Positions 16,398-24,468 of a DNA stretch of 64,000 bases are shown piece by piece. The notes beneath the pieces were generated by a model. It was not told where the DNA came from, ran no database searches, and worked only from the letters and a program-made list of their open reading frames with translations. This DNA is from Candidatus Nomurabacteria bacterium (lineage in GTDB: Bacteria > Patescibacteriota > Minisyncoccia > Phycocordibacterales > UBA9973): contig JAHFNJ010000005.1 in NCBI GenBank assembly GCA_023267375.1, forward strand, positions 1,285 through 65,284. The letters are read 5' to 3'. Positions within the stretch are counted from its first letter, which is position 1; each line of letters begins with the position of its first letter. The translations under genes were made by a program, and so were the position numbers.

Positions 16398-18209
16398 ATG
16401 AAAATTTCCTATAATTGGCTCCAAGAATATTTTGATGAGAAGTTGCCCGCACCAGAACATGTTGGTGCGATGATAACAATGCACTCGTTTGAGGTTGATT
16501 CTCTTGAAACGGTCGGCACTGACACCGTTTTTGATTTTAAAATCTTACCTGATCGTGCACATGATTGCATGAGTCACTATGGCATAGCCGCCGAGATCGG
16601 TATGCTCTTTGATCTCTATCCCAAAGAATTGGCGATTGACGCAAAAACGACGAAAGATTTCTCCTCTCACAATTTAGTGACAGTGACGCTCGATGATGAA
16701 AGCCGCTGCCGTCGTGCAACAAAGCGGGTTATCAAGAATATAAAAGTAGGGGAATCGCCGTTGTGGCTCAAGGAACGCTTGGCGGCTATTGGACAGCGCA
16801 GCATCAACAATGTTGTAGATATCGCAAACTTTGTGATGTTTGAGACGGGACAGCCAGTGCACACCTTTGATTTTGATAAGGTTGCTGGCGATACGAAACA
16901 CATTACTATTCGCGCAGCAAAACCGGGCGAGACACTGAAAGCGCTTGATGGAAAAGACTATACACTTGATGAAACCATGCTCGTTATTGCTGACGAAAAA
17001 GAAGCACTCGATATTGCTGGTATTAAAGGAGGAATGGCGTCGGGTATCGATGAGAAGACTACTACTGTCATGCTTTCTGTCTGTAGTTTTGAACCGACCA
17101 TGATTCGAAAAACACGGACGAAGCTTGGCTTGAAAACTGATGCATCGGATCGTTTTGAGAAAGGGCTTTCACCTGATCTTGTAAAAACAGCACTGCTTCG
17201 CCTTTCCTTTTTACTGCAGCGTGTTGCTGGCGGAGAATTGTCGGAAGATTTTGTGGATGTCTATCCGCAGCCAGTAGAAATGCGGCACATCATCCTTTCT
17301 CTCGAGTACGTTAATTCTCTTCTAGGAATTACCCTTTCTGAGGAGGGGATTGAGGGCATGTTTCGTAAGCTTGGTTTTGGTACGGAAAAAATCGATCACA
17401 GTATCTACCGTGTCGCCGTGCCTACAAATCGTCTTGATATGAATTTGCCATGCGATGTTGCCGAAGAAATTATTCGCATTATGGGCTATGATCGGCTGAC
17501 CCCAATAGACAATCCGCACTTCGCTGAAAATTCGATCACGAATACGTTGTTTTTAGAAACAACTGCTGCGCGTAAAAAATTGTTGAATGAGGGTTATTCA
17601 GAAATCTGTACTTCAAGTTTCTCTGCAAAAGGGGAAGTGGAAGTGCTTGCAAGCGCGTCGAACAAAAAATATTTACGCGCAAATCTTACTGACGGTCTCA
17701 AGGAAAGTATCGCTCTCAATCAGACCAACCTTGCCCTTTTGGGAGTGGACACTGTGAAAGTATTTGAAATCGGTGCTGTCTTCACTAAAGATGGTGAAGC
17801 ATTGCATGTGGCTTATGGTGATAAGAAAAAGGTGACCGAAGTTGCTTTTGAAACATTTATGAAAGATGTTGATGTCTCAGCAATTGATACAAGTACTTCA
17901 ATGCTCTCTAGAACATCTCGATTTAAACCATGGTCGCTCTATCCGTTTATCGTCCGTGATATTGCGCTCTGGGTTCCCGAACAGGTGCAAAGTGATGAAA
18001 TAAAAACAGTGCTCGAAGAAAATGCAACCGAACTGCTGGTGCAAGAACCGCGATTATTCGATGAATTCTCAAAAGATGGTAAGAAGTCATACGCCTTTCG
18101 GCTCGTTTTTCAATCATTTGAACGTACGTTAACCGATGATGAGGTGAATAAAATCATGGAGGGTATTACTGGTGAGATTAAAAAACACCCAGATTGGACA
18201 ATTCGCTAG
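16398..18209 (+). CDS. pheT: Phenylalanine--tRNA ligase beta subunit (compact form)
   Basis: Starts MKISYNWLQEYF (canonical PheT N-terminus) and contains B3/4 and B5 domains plus a C-terminal FDX-ACB-like region. The 604-aa form is shorter than the usual ~800 aa. The track ORF start at 16350 overlaps pheS; the ATG at 16398 immediately follows the pheS stop. Confidence 0.8.
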   Translation: MKISYNWLQEYFDEKLPAPEHVGAMITMHSFEVDSLETVGTDTVFDFKILPDRAHDCMSHYGIAAEIGMLFDLYPKELAIDAKTTKDFSSHNLVTVTLDDESRCRRATKRVIKNIKVGESPLWLKERLAAIGQRSINNVVDIANFVMFETGQPVHTFDFDKVAGDTKHITIRAAKPGETLKALDGKDYTLDETMLVIADEKEALDIAGIKGGMASGIDEKTTTVMLSVCSFEPTMIRKTRTKLGLKTDASDRFEKGLSPDLVKTALLRLSFLLQRVAGGELSEDFVDVYPQPVEMRHIILSLEYVNSLLGITLSEEGIEGMFRKLGFGTEKIDHSIYRVAVPTNRLDMNLPCDVAEEIIRIMGYDRLTPIDNPHFAENSITNTLFLETTAARKKLLNEGYSEICTSSFSAKGEVEVLASASNKKYLRANLTDGLKESIALNQTNLALLGVDTVKVFEIGAVFTKDGEALHVAYGDKKKVTEVAFETFMKDVDVSAIDTSTSMLSRTSRFKPWSLYPFIVRDIALWVPEQVQSDEIKTVLEENATELLVQEPRLFDEFSKDGKKSYAFRLVFQSFERTLTDDEVNKIMEGITGEIKKHPDWTIR

Positions 18210-18242
18210 AATATCCTTGTTTTTCAAGGTAAAAAAGAGATA

Positions 18243-18270
18243 AAAAAGCTTCCTATCTGGAAGCTTTTTT
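18243..18270 (+). terminator. Rho-independent terminator after pheT
   Basis: aaaaaaGCTTCCtatcTGGAAGCtttttt: 6-7 bp GC-containing stem followed by a T-run. Confidence 0.6.
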
Positions 18271-18278
18271 GGTATACT
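18270..18278 (+). promoter_or_regulatory. Extended -10 element (TGgTATACT) upstream of gyrB
   Basis: tggTATACT immediately after the terminator T-run, about 85 nt upstream of the gyrB ATG. Confidence 0.35.
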
Positions 18279-18362
18279 AGAGGGGTAAAAAAGACGAGTA
18301 TTTCAAGCATTTTCCACCAATAGCGGATTCGCCGTTGGCGGACATTTTTAAAATAAATCACT

Positions 18363-20432
18363 ATGGCAAAAGAATCTGAAAAAGCAAAAAAGTATGGTGC
18401 AGAGTCTATTTCTGTCCTTGAAGGATTGGAGCCGGTACGTCGCCGTCCGGGCATGTATATCGGTACGACTGGTATCGATGGTCTCCATCACTTGGTTTGG
18501 GAAATTTTCGACAACTCACGCGACGAAGCGATGGGTGGTTTTTGTACGCACATTGAAGTAGCGCTCCTTCCAAACAATCGCATTCGTGTCGCCGACAACG
18601 GCCGCGGTATTCCTGTCGACGTGCACCCAAAAACAAAAGTATCCGCATTAGAAACTGTCATGACGACGCTTCACGCCGGCGGTAAATTCGGTGGTGATGA
18701 TTCTGGCTACAAGGTATCTGGCGGTTTGCACGGGGTAGGCGCATCTGTGGTGAACGCACTTTCTACGTATACAAAAGCAGAAGTGCATCGCGATGGCGGA
18801 AAGTATATGCAGGAGTATGCGCAGGGAAAGAAAAAAGGCGCTGTTAAAAAAGTGGGCTCATCAAAAGCGCATGGCACCATCATTTCATTTGAACCAGATC
18901 CAGAAATTTTCAAAGAGGGAACTGCGTTTGATTACAATACGATTGTGAATCACTTGCGCCAACAGGCATACCTCGTGCGTGGTTTGCGTATCAGTATTAT
19001 TGATGCGCGTCTGTATGAAGGAAAGATCGACGACGATGTGATCTATCTCGCAGAAATCGGATTCGAAATGCCTTCAACAACATTTTATTTTGAAGGCGGA
19101 CTCGTGTCTCTCGTAAAATACTACACGCGTATGCAGAAAGCGCTCCACGACAATATTTTCTATGTGGAGAAAGAGCAAGACGGTGTGGGCGTAGAAATCG
19201 CCCTCCAGTATGTAGATGACATGAGCGATAAGATCGTTCCATTTGCGAACAACATCTACAACCCAGAAGGTGGTACACACGTGACTGGTTTCAAAACTGC
19301 GCTTACTCGTTTATTGAATACCTACAGCAAGAAAAATAATATTTTGAAAGAAGCGGAAGGAGGATTTACTGGTGAAGATGTCCTTGAGGGTCTCGTGGCG
19401 GTTATTTCAGTAAAGCTTCGTGAAATTCAATTCGAAGGCCAAACGAAAGCGAAGTTGGGCTCAATGGAAGCACAAGGAGCTGTGGCTACGGTATTTGGAG
19501 AAGCTTTTGCGAACTTCCTTGAAGAGAATCCTGATAACGCTAAAGCTATCATCAATAAGGCAATTTTGGCGCTTAAAGCTCGTAAGGCGGCAAAAGCGGC
19601 AAAGGATTCAGTGCTCCGTAAGGGGGCGCTTGAAGGTATGACTCTTCCAGGTAAACTCTCCGATTGTCAGAGTAAAGATGCAAGTGAATCAGAAATCTTC
19701 ATCGTAGAGGGAGATTCGGCAGGCGGTACGGCAAAAATGGGACGTGACCGAAAGACACAGGCAGTGTTGCCACTCCGCGGTAAAATCTTAAACGTTGAAC
19801 GTGCACGTCTTGATCGCATGCTCGGTTCTGAACAAATCAAGAACTTGGTTATCGCAATGGGTACTTCGATCGGCGACACTTTCGATCTTTCAAAGATGCG
19901 CTATCACAAGATCATTATCGCGACAGATGCGGACGTCGACGGTGCGCACATTCGTACGCTTTTGTTGACGCTCTTGTACCGTTACTTCCGTCCAATCCTC
20001 GACGCTGGATTTATTTATATTGCGCAGCCACCGCTTTTCAAGATAAAAAAAGGAAAGGAAATTCACTATGCATACAGCGACGAAGAGCGTAACGCTATTG
20101 CTGGAGATATGCCTGATATCGAAGAGATGATTAAGAAAGCTGAGGACGAGGATGCTGAAGGGGGAGGCGAGGAATCAGAAGAAGCTGAAGAAGAAAAAAC
20201 AAAGAAAGGTTCTACAAAAGTGCACATCCAGCGTTACAAAGGTCTCGGAGAAATGAATGCTGAAGAACTCTGGGAAACGACTATGGATCCAGCTCGCCGT
20301 GTACTTAAACAAGTAAATATCGAAGACGCAGAGCTTGCAAACGAAGTCTTTGACACGCTCATGGGTTCTGATGTCGGTCCTCGTAAATCGTTCATCCAAT
20401 CGCACGCAAAGACTGCAGAGATTGATATCTAG
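18363..20432 (+). CDS. gyrB: DNA gyrase subunit B
   Basis: 689 aa. Motifs: ...GLEPVRRRPGMYIGTTG..., EGDSAGG, PLRGKILNVE, IIATDADVDGAHIRTLLLT. The ATPase, transducer, toprim and C-terminal domains are all present. Confidence 0.85.
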   Translation: MAKESEKAKKYGAESISVLEGLEPVRRRPGMYIGTTGIDGLHHLVWEIFDNSRDEAMGGFCTHIEVALLPNNRIRVADNGRGIPVDVHPKTKVSALETVMTTLHAGGKFGGDDSGYKVSGGLHGVGASVVNALSTYTKAEVHRDGGKYMQEYAQGKKKGAVKKVGSSKAHGTIISFEPDPEIFKEGTAFDYNTIVNHLRQQAYLVRGLRISIIDARLYEGKIDDDVIYLAEIGFEMPSTTFYFEGGLVSLVKYYTRMQKALHDNIFYVEKEQDGVGVEIALQYVDDMSDKIVPFANNIYNPEGGTHVTGFKTALTRLLNTYSKKNNILKEAEGGFTGEDVLEGLVAVISVKLREIQFEGQTKAKLGSMEAQGAVATVFGEAFANFLEENPDNAKAIINKAILALKARKAAKAAKDSVLRKGALEGMTLPGKLSDCQSKDASESEIFIVEGDSAGGTAKMGRDRKTQAVLPLRGKILNVERARLDRMLGSEQIKNLVIAMGTSIGDTFDLSKMRYHKIIIATDADVDGAHIRTLLLTLLYRYFRPILDAGFIYIAQPPLFKIKKGKEIHYAYSDEERNAIAGDMPDIEEMIKKAEDEDAEGGGEESEEAEEEKTKKGSTKVHIQRYKGLGEMNAEELWETTMDPARRVLKQVNIEDAELANEVFDTLMGSDVGPRKSFIQSHAKTAEIDI

Positions 20433-20446
20433 TGTAGTAAATTTTT

Positions 20447-21187
20447 ATGGATGAGACTCCTATAAAAAAGACAAACTGGAAACTAATATCTATTACAATA
20501 ATATTAGTTGTTATACAAGCAGCACTAGTTTTTTATGGATTTCTTCTTGTTATTTTTAATGGTCTCGATACTTATAGTCCAGAACTCGTTTTTCAGGGGG
20601 CAATTTTTTTACTTATTGCCACAGCCCTACCTATACCATTTGTACGTTCTGCTAAAAAATCAGGATCGCTTTCTATTCTTAGTTTAAACTTGTTTATTAG
20701 CGGAGCAACTGCTTTATTTTTGATAGGATTACTTCTCTCCTCTATTCTAGGTAGTATACAACACCATAAAGAACAAAAAGACTTTCAAAATAAAACTGCT
20801 ATCTATGCAGATGCTGCAAAAATTCAATATGAAAAAATACTAACTGAAACAAATGAAGTAAAAATTATAGGGTGGATGAATAACAATTCAGGAACTAATC
20901 TTTTGCAGACTGACAAGGGTTTCGAAGTCCACTTCAATGATATGTCATATGTACCTGAAGTAGTTGACTATATAAATAAAAACGTAATTGGGCGTACTGT
21001 TGATGTTGTTGTTCCTAGTTTTGTCTCTGAAAGTACAATATTTTTTGTTGATTCTAACGGCGGAGCTACGGATTCCACGATTAATTCAATACCTGTATGC
21101 GGATGTGATCTTAATGTTGATGGTAAAACTCTGACCCCTATTTTATCAAATATGCTACAGCAGCTTTTTAAGGAAGGAAAGTATTAA
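20447..21187 (+). CDS. Hypothetical membrane protein (3-4 TM) with extracytoplasmic C-terminal domain
   Basis: 246 aa. Hydrophobic N-terminal half. Markedly AT-rich (~30% GC) relative to the flanking gyrB and rdgB genes. Confidence 0.5.
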   Translation: MDETPIKKTNWKLISITIILVVIQAALVFYGFLLVIFNGLDTYSPELVFQGAIFLLIATALPIPFVRSAKKSGSLSILSLNLFISGATALFLIGLLLSSILGSIQHHKEQKDFQNKTAIYADAAKIQYEKILTETNEVKIIGWMNNNSGTNLLQTDKGFEVHFNDMSYVPEVVDYINKNVIGRTVDVVVPSFVSESTIFFVDSNGGATDSTINSIPVCGCDLNVDGKTLTPILSNMLQQLFKEGKY

Positions 21188-21732
21188 TGAAATCAAAACT
21201 CATCATTGTTACCGGCAATCCGCTCAAATTTCGAGAGCTCTCAGCCGCACTTGGTGAGTTTTTTGATTGTGAACAGCGGGTGCTTGAAGACAACTATGAA
21301 ATACAGGGAGCTCCAGAAGAAATTCTTCAACACAAACTCTTGCGCGCCTATGAGACTTTTAAACAACCGGTTTTGGTAGATGATACCTCGCTCCATTTTG
21401 AAATACTCGGAGGTTTTCCTGGTCCGTACATTCGAGATTTTTTTCGAGCACTCAAGCCATGGCAGATGGGGGAACGGTTTGCAGGGAGCCGTATTGAAGC
21501 AGTCTGTCGACTAGGAATTTGCAAAGGGGAGAATAATATAACTATCGGCGAAGGTCGCGTGCAAGGGGTGGTGGTGAAGCCTGAAACAAAAGATGATAAC
21601 GCACGAGAGTTTGATTTATTTTTTCTTCCTGATGGCGTAGAAAAAGTGATGCTCGAATATTCTCCCGAAGAGAAAAATGCTTTCTCTCACCGTGGGAATG
21701 CCATACGAGATTTGATAAGCAAATTACAATAA
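21187..21732 (+). CDS. rdgB: Non-canonical purine NTP pyrophosphatase (RdgB/Ham1 family ITPase)
   Basis: 181 aa. Motifs: KLIIVTGNPLKFRELSA..., VLVDDTSLHFEILGGFPGPYIRDF, FSHRGNAIRDL. These are typical Ham1/RdgB motifs. Confidence 0.75.
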   Translation: MKSKLIIVTGNPLKFRELSAALGEFFDCEQRVLEDNYEIQGAPEEILQHKLLRAYETFKQPVLVDDTSLHFEILGGFPGPYIRDFFRALKPWQMGERFAGSRIEAVCRLGICKGENNITIGEGRVQGVVVKPETKDDNAREFDLFFLPDGVEKVMLEYSPEEKNAFSHRGNAIRDLISKLQ

Positions 21733-21733
21733 C

Positions 21734-21759
21734 AAAAATCCCGCATATGCGGGATTTTT
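21734..21759. terminator. Bidirectional rho-independent terminator between rdgB (+) and thrS (-)
   Basis: Perfect palindrome aaaaaTCCCGCAtatGCGGGAttttt, flanked by A-run and T-run. Confidence 0.65.
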
Positions 21760-21760
21760 G

Positions 21761-23515
21761 TTATTTTCTTTCTTTAATTTCAGCAGAGACTGTTTGTATA
21801 AATTCTTCCGTTCCCATTTCCACTTTTGTCCCGTCACGTTTTTCAATCGTCAGATTACCGGACTCGATTTCTTTATCGCCCAGAACGATGGTGTAGGGAG
21901 TTTTCATTGCCTTTGCTGCATGAATGCGCTTCCCGAGGCTATCATTTGAAGAAATAATTTCGACGCGGATGTTTGCAGTTTTTAATTTTTTTGCAATCTC
22001 TTTGGCGCCCTCATCATGATTTTCGCGTACGGGAACAATCGCAACTTGAATGGGAGCAAGCCAAGTAGGGAAGTTTCCAGCGTAGTGTTCAAGGAGAATT
22101 CCCATGAATCTATCGGGAGATCCAATAAGTGCACGGTGAATCATTACCGGTGTTTTTCGGAGTCCGTCGCTATCAGTGAACTCAAGTTCAAATCTTTTTG
22201 GTTGATTGAAATCAAGCTGAATGGTAGATATCTGCCATTCACGTCCTAGTGCGTCGACTGCCATGATGTCTATCTTTGGTCCATAAAACGCAGCTTCACC
22301 CTCTGCGTCTTTATGAGGAATTTTTTTTTCTTCTAGAAGTTTCTTCATGATTGTTTGAGATTTTTCCCATACAGCATCTTCTCCTAGATATTTTTCTTTT
22401 TTGTTCGGGTCACGCAGTGAAAGTCGCATCCAGTATTCTACGTTATAGACAGCGAGCGCTTTTTCAATTGCCTCAAGTACGTGTTCAATCTCGCTTTCGA
22501 TTTGATCCTCTCGGCAGAAAATATGTCCATCATCTTGCGAAAATGCTCGTAGGCGCGTAAGCCCAGACATTTCCCCTGGACGCTCATCGCGGTAGAGGAC
22601 TGCAAAATCAGAATAACGGATGGGAAGGTCGCGATAACTTCTTGGTTTTGATGCGTAGATCTGGGTGTGCTGTGGGCAGTTCATCGGCTTTAAGAACATT
22701 TCATCGGAAACGTATTGTGATGTTACTGAAAGCATATCTTCTTTATATTTGTCGTAATGACCAGATATTTTGAATAGTTCTCCCTTGTTTATATTTGGTG
22801 TGTGTACTTCTCCGAAACCAAGCGCATCATTTAATTCGCGAGAGAATTTTATTATTTCTTCGCGTACAATATTTCCTTTTGGCGTAAACAATGGCATTCC
22901 AACACCGACTAAATCAGAAAAAGTGAAAAGATCCATTTCTCGTCCAAGTTTTCTGTGATCTCGTTTTTTTGCTTCTTCTTGCTGGAGAATGTATGCATCG
23001 AGTTCTTCTTTGGTAGGGAACGCTAGGCCGTAGATGCGGGTGAGCATCGGATTTTTTTCATCGCCGCGCCAGTAGGCGCCGGCCACACGATCTAGTTTGA
23101 ATGAGTCGGGTGAAATTTCTTTGGCTGGATTTTCAGCGTGTCCGCCGCGACACAGATCAGTAAATCCTCCGCAGGTATAGAGAGTGATTGTTTCGCCACG
23201 ATCAGCGATTTCATTGATGAGTTCTATTTTGTATTGATTGCCACTAAAGAGTGCGAGGGCTTCATCCTTTGACACTTCCTTGTGGGTAAATTCGGTCCAC
23301 TTCGGGAGGCTTTTCTTCATGTATTTCTCGATTTTCGCCAAATCAGCGTCGCTGATCTTTTCAGTGCCGAAATCAATATCGTAGTAGAAGCCATTATCTA
23401 CAGCAGGACCCAATGTAAGGTGGGCGTTTGGGTACTGGTCTTTGACAACTTGTGCCAAAAGGTGCGCCAATGTATGGCGGACATGGGCTAGTTTTTCATC
23501 GTTCATACCGGTCAT
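21761..23515 (-). CDS. thrS: Threonine--tRNA ligase (lacks N-terminal TGS domain)
   Basis: 584 aa. Begins in the editing-domain His motif (HVRHTLAHLLAQ...CGGFTDLCRGGH), followed by the class II catalytic core and the C-terminal anticodon-binding domain (...VAIVPVRENHDEGAKEIAKKLK...). Confidence 0.85.
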   Translation of the reverse strand: MTGMNDEKLAHVRHTLAHLLAQVVKDQYPNAHLTLGPAVDNGFYYDIDFGTEKISDADLAKIEKYMKKSLPKWTEFTHKEVSKDEALALFSGNQYKIELINEIADRGETITLYTCGGFTDLCRGGHAENPAKEISPDSFKLDRVAGAYWRGDEKNPMLTRIYGLAFPTKEELDAYILQQEEAKKRDHRKLGREMDLFTFSDLVGVGMPLFTPKGNIVREEIIKFSRELNDALGFGEVHTPNINKGELFKISGHYDKYKEDMLSVTSQYVSDEMFLKPMNCPQHTQIYASKPRSYRDLPIRYSDFAVLYRDERPGEMSGLTRLRAFSQDDGHIFCREDQIESEIEHVLEAIEKALAVYNVEYWMRLSLRDPNKKEKYLGEDAVWEKSQTIMKKLLEEKKIPHKDAEGEAAFYGPKIDIMAVDALGREWQISTIQLDFNQPKRFELEFTDSDGLRKTPVMIHRALIGSPDRFMGILLEHYAGNFPTWLAPIQVAIVPVRENHDEGAKEIAKKLKTANIRVEIISSNDSLGKRIHAAKAMKTPYTIVLGDKEIESGNLTIEKRDGTKVEMGTEEFIQTVSAEIKERK

Positions 23516-23570
23516 AGTAGCATATCTCTACAGTGAAAAAAAGTTCCGTTTGTTGCAGAAAACCTTATTT

Positions 23571-23580
23571 TTGCTATACT
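23571..23580 (+). promoter_or_regulatory. Putative promoter -10 (TGcTATACT) for the tRNA-fMet transcript
   Basis: ttgcag-N16-TATACT with an extended TG. It lies 20 nt upstream of the tRNA start. Confidence 0.35.
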
Positions 23581-23600
23581 GCGTGGACGAGTTTTTACAT

Positions 23601-23672
23601 CGCGGGGAGGAGCAACGGTTGCTCGTCGGGCTCATAACCCGAAGGTAGTTGGTTCAATTCCAGCCCCCGCAA
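23601..23672 (+). tRNA. tRNA-fMet (initiator, anticodon CAU)
   Basis: Manual fold: CGCGGGG/AG/GAGC-AACGGTT-GCTC/G/TCGGG-CTCATAA-CCCGA/AGGTA/GTTGG-TTCAATT-CCAGC/CCCCGCA/A. It has the C1:A72 mismatch and three G:C pairs closing the anticodon stem, both hallmarks of the bacterial initiator. It is near-identical to E. coli tRNA-fMet. CCA is not encoded. Confidence 0.85.
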
Positions 23673-23678
23673 CAATTC

Positions 23679-23810
23679 AACAAACCGGTAGGTTTGTGAA
23701 TTTTGCGAGGGGAGTAAGCAAATTGATTTGCTTACGTCTGGAATTGAAAGACTTTTCGTTGCCGAGCTTTGCTCGGTCGAAAAGTACCTGGCTACGTGGT
23801 AGCCAATGAA
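23679..23810 (+). mobile_element. 132-bp insert flanked by a 17-bp direct repeat of the tRNA-fMet 3' end; putative small non-autonomous integrative element or remnant
   Basis: agcccccgcaacaattc occurs at 23662-23678 (tRNA 3' end) and again at 23811-27. The insert contains hairpins caaaccGGTAggtttg, gtaagcaaatTGAtttgcttac, ccgagcTTTgctcgg and ggctacGTGgtagcc. It is homologous to the insert at 59306-59412. Confidence 0.35.
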
Positions 23811-23868
23811 AGCCCCCGCAACAATTCGGCACGTGACATGCCCACTATGTCTATTTGCTGAATAATAT

Positions 23869-23942
23869 GTCGGCGTAGCTCAGGTAGTTAGAGCATGGCA
23901 CTCATAAAGCCAAGGTCGGAGGTGCAAGTCCTCCCGCCGACA
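23869..23942 (+). tRNA. tRNA with anticodon CAU (elongator Met or Ile2-lysidine)
   Basis: Manual fold: GTCGGCG/TA/GCTC-AGGTAGTTA-GAGC/A/TGGCA-CTCATAA-AGCCA/AGGTC/GGAGG-TGCAAGT-CCTCC/CGCCGAC/A. The acceptor stem is perfect. There is one A.A mismatch at the base of the anticodon stem. Confidence 0.7.
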
Positions 23943-24135
23943 CCCGTTTAGGCGGAACAAGCAAATTTATTTGCTTGTGTGAGGACTTGCAAGGCGCAGC
24001 TATACTTTGCCAGTAGGCAAAGTAGCGAGCCGGGGTCGAGAAATTTTGCGAGTGACGGCGAGCAAAATATTCGTGACCAAGTCCTAGAAATTAGAAAATT
24101 TTTCTAATTTGTGGTAGTTTAGAGAAGTTATATTT

Positions 24136-24209
24136 GCGGGCGTAGCTCAGCTGGTTAGAGCGCTCCCCTGTCACGGGAGAGGTCGTGGGTTCAAATCCCA
24201 TCGCTCGCG
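24136..24209 (+). tRNA. tRNA-Asp (anticodon GUC)
   Basis: Manual fold: GCGGGCG/TA/GCTC-AGCTGGTTA-GAGC/G/CTCCC-CTGTCAC-GGGAG/AGGTC/GTGGG-TTCAAAT-CCCAT/CGCTCGC/G. There is one G-U pair in the acceptor stem. Confidence 0.85.
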
Positions 24210-24214
24210 CAATT

Positions 24215-24241
24215 AAAAAATCCCCTTTATGGGGATTTTTT
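24215..24241 (+). terminator. Rho-independent terminator after tRNA-Asp
   Basis: aaaaaaTCCCCtttatGGGGAtttttt: stem AAATCCCC/GGGGATTT followed by a T-run. Confidence 0.7.
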
Positions 24242-24389
24242 AATGCGAGCGAAGCAAGACAACTGCTTGTCTTGCGTTGGGATTTGAACAGCGGAGCTAT
24301 GTTTTACAAGCTTGCAAAACAAGCGAGCTGGTGCCCAGACCGAGCCGAGTGGCGACGAGGCGAGAGTCGCGGGAAAATCCCATCGCTTA

Positions 24390-24433
24390 CACACATAAGA
24401 AAATTCCCATAAAAAGGAATTTTCTTATGTGTG
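24390..24433 (+). promoter_or_regulatory. Perfect 18-bp stem hairpin 35 nt upstream of the AsnB-like gene start
   Basis: CACACATAAGAAAATTCC-cataaaaa-GGAATTTTCTTATGTGTG: 18/18 complementary pairs with an 8-nt loop. No clean T-run follows, so it is more likely a regulatory or protein-binding structure than a terminator. Confidence 0.4.
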
Positions 24434-24468
24434 GTCGAAAATATTTTTTATCTGCTATAATTCTCAAC

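Noticed and set aside
23601-23830. Possibility that the duplicated tRNA 3' ends mark tRNA introns or split tRNA genes
   Set aside because: Each upstream tRNA copy folds into a complete canonical cloverleaf. Bacterial tRNA introns are group I elements of over 200 nt in the anticodon loop, which does not match the 107-169 bp inserts located after or inside the T-arm.
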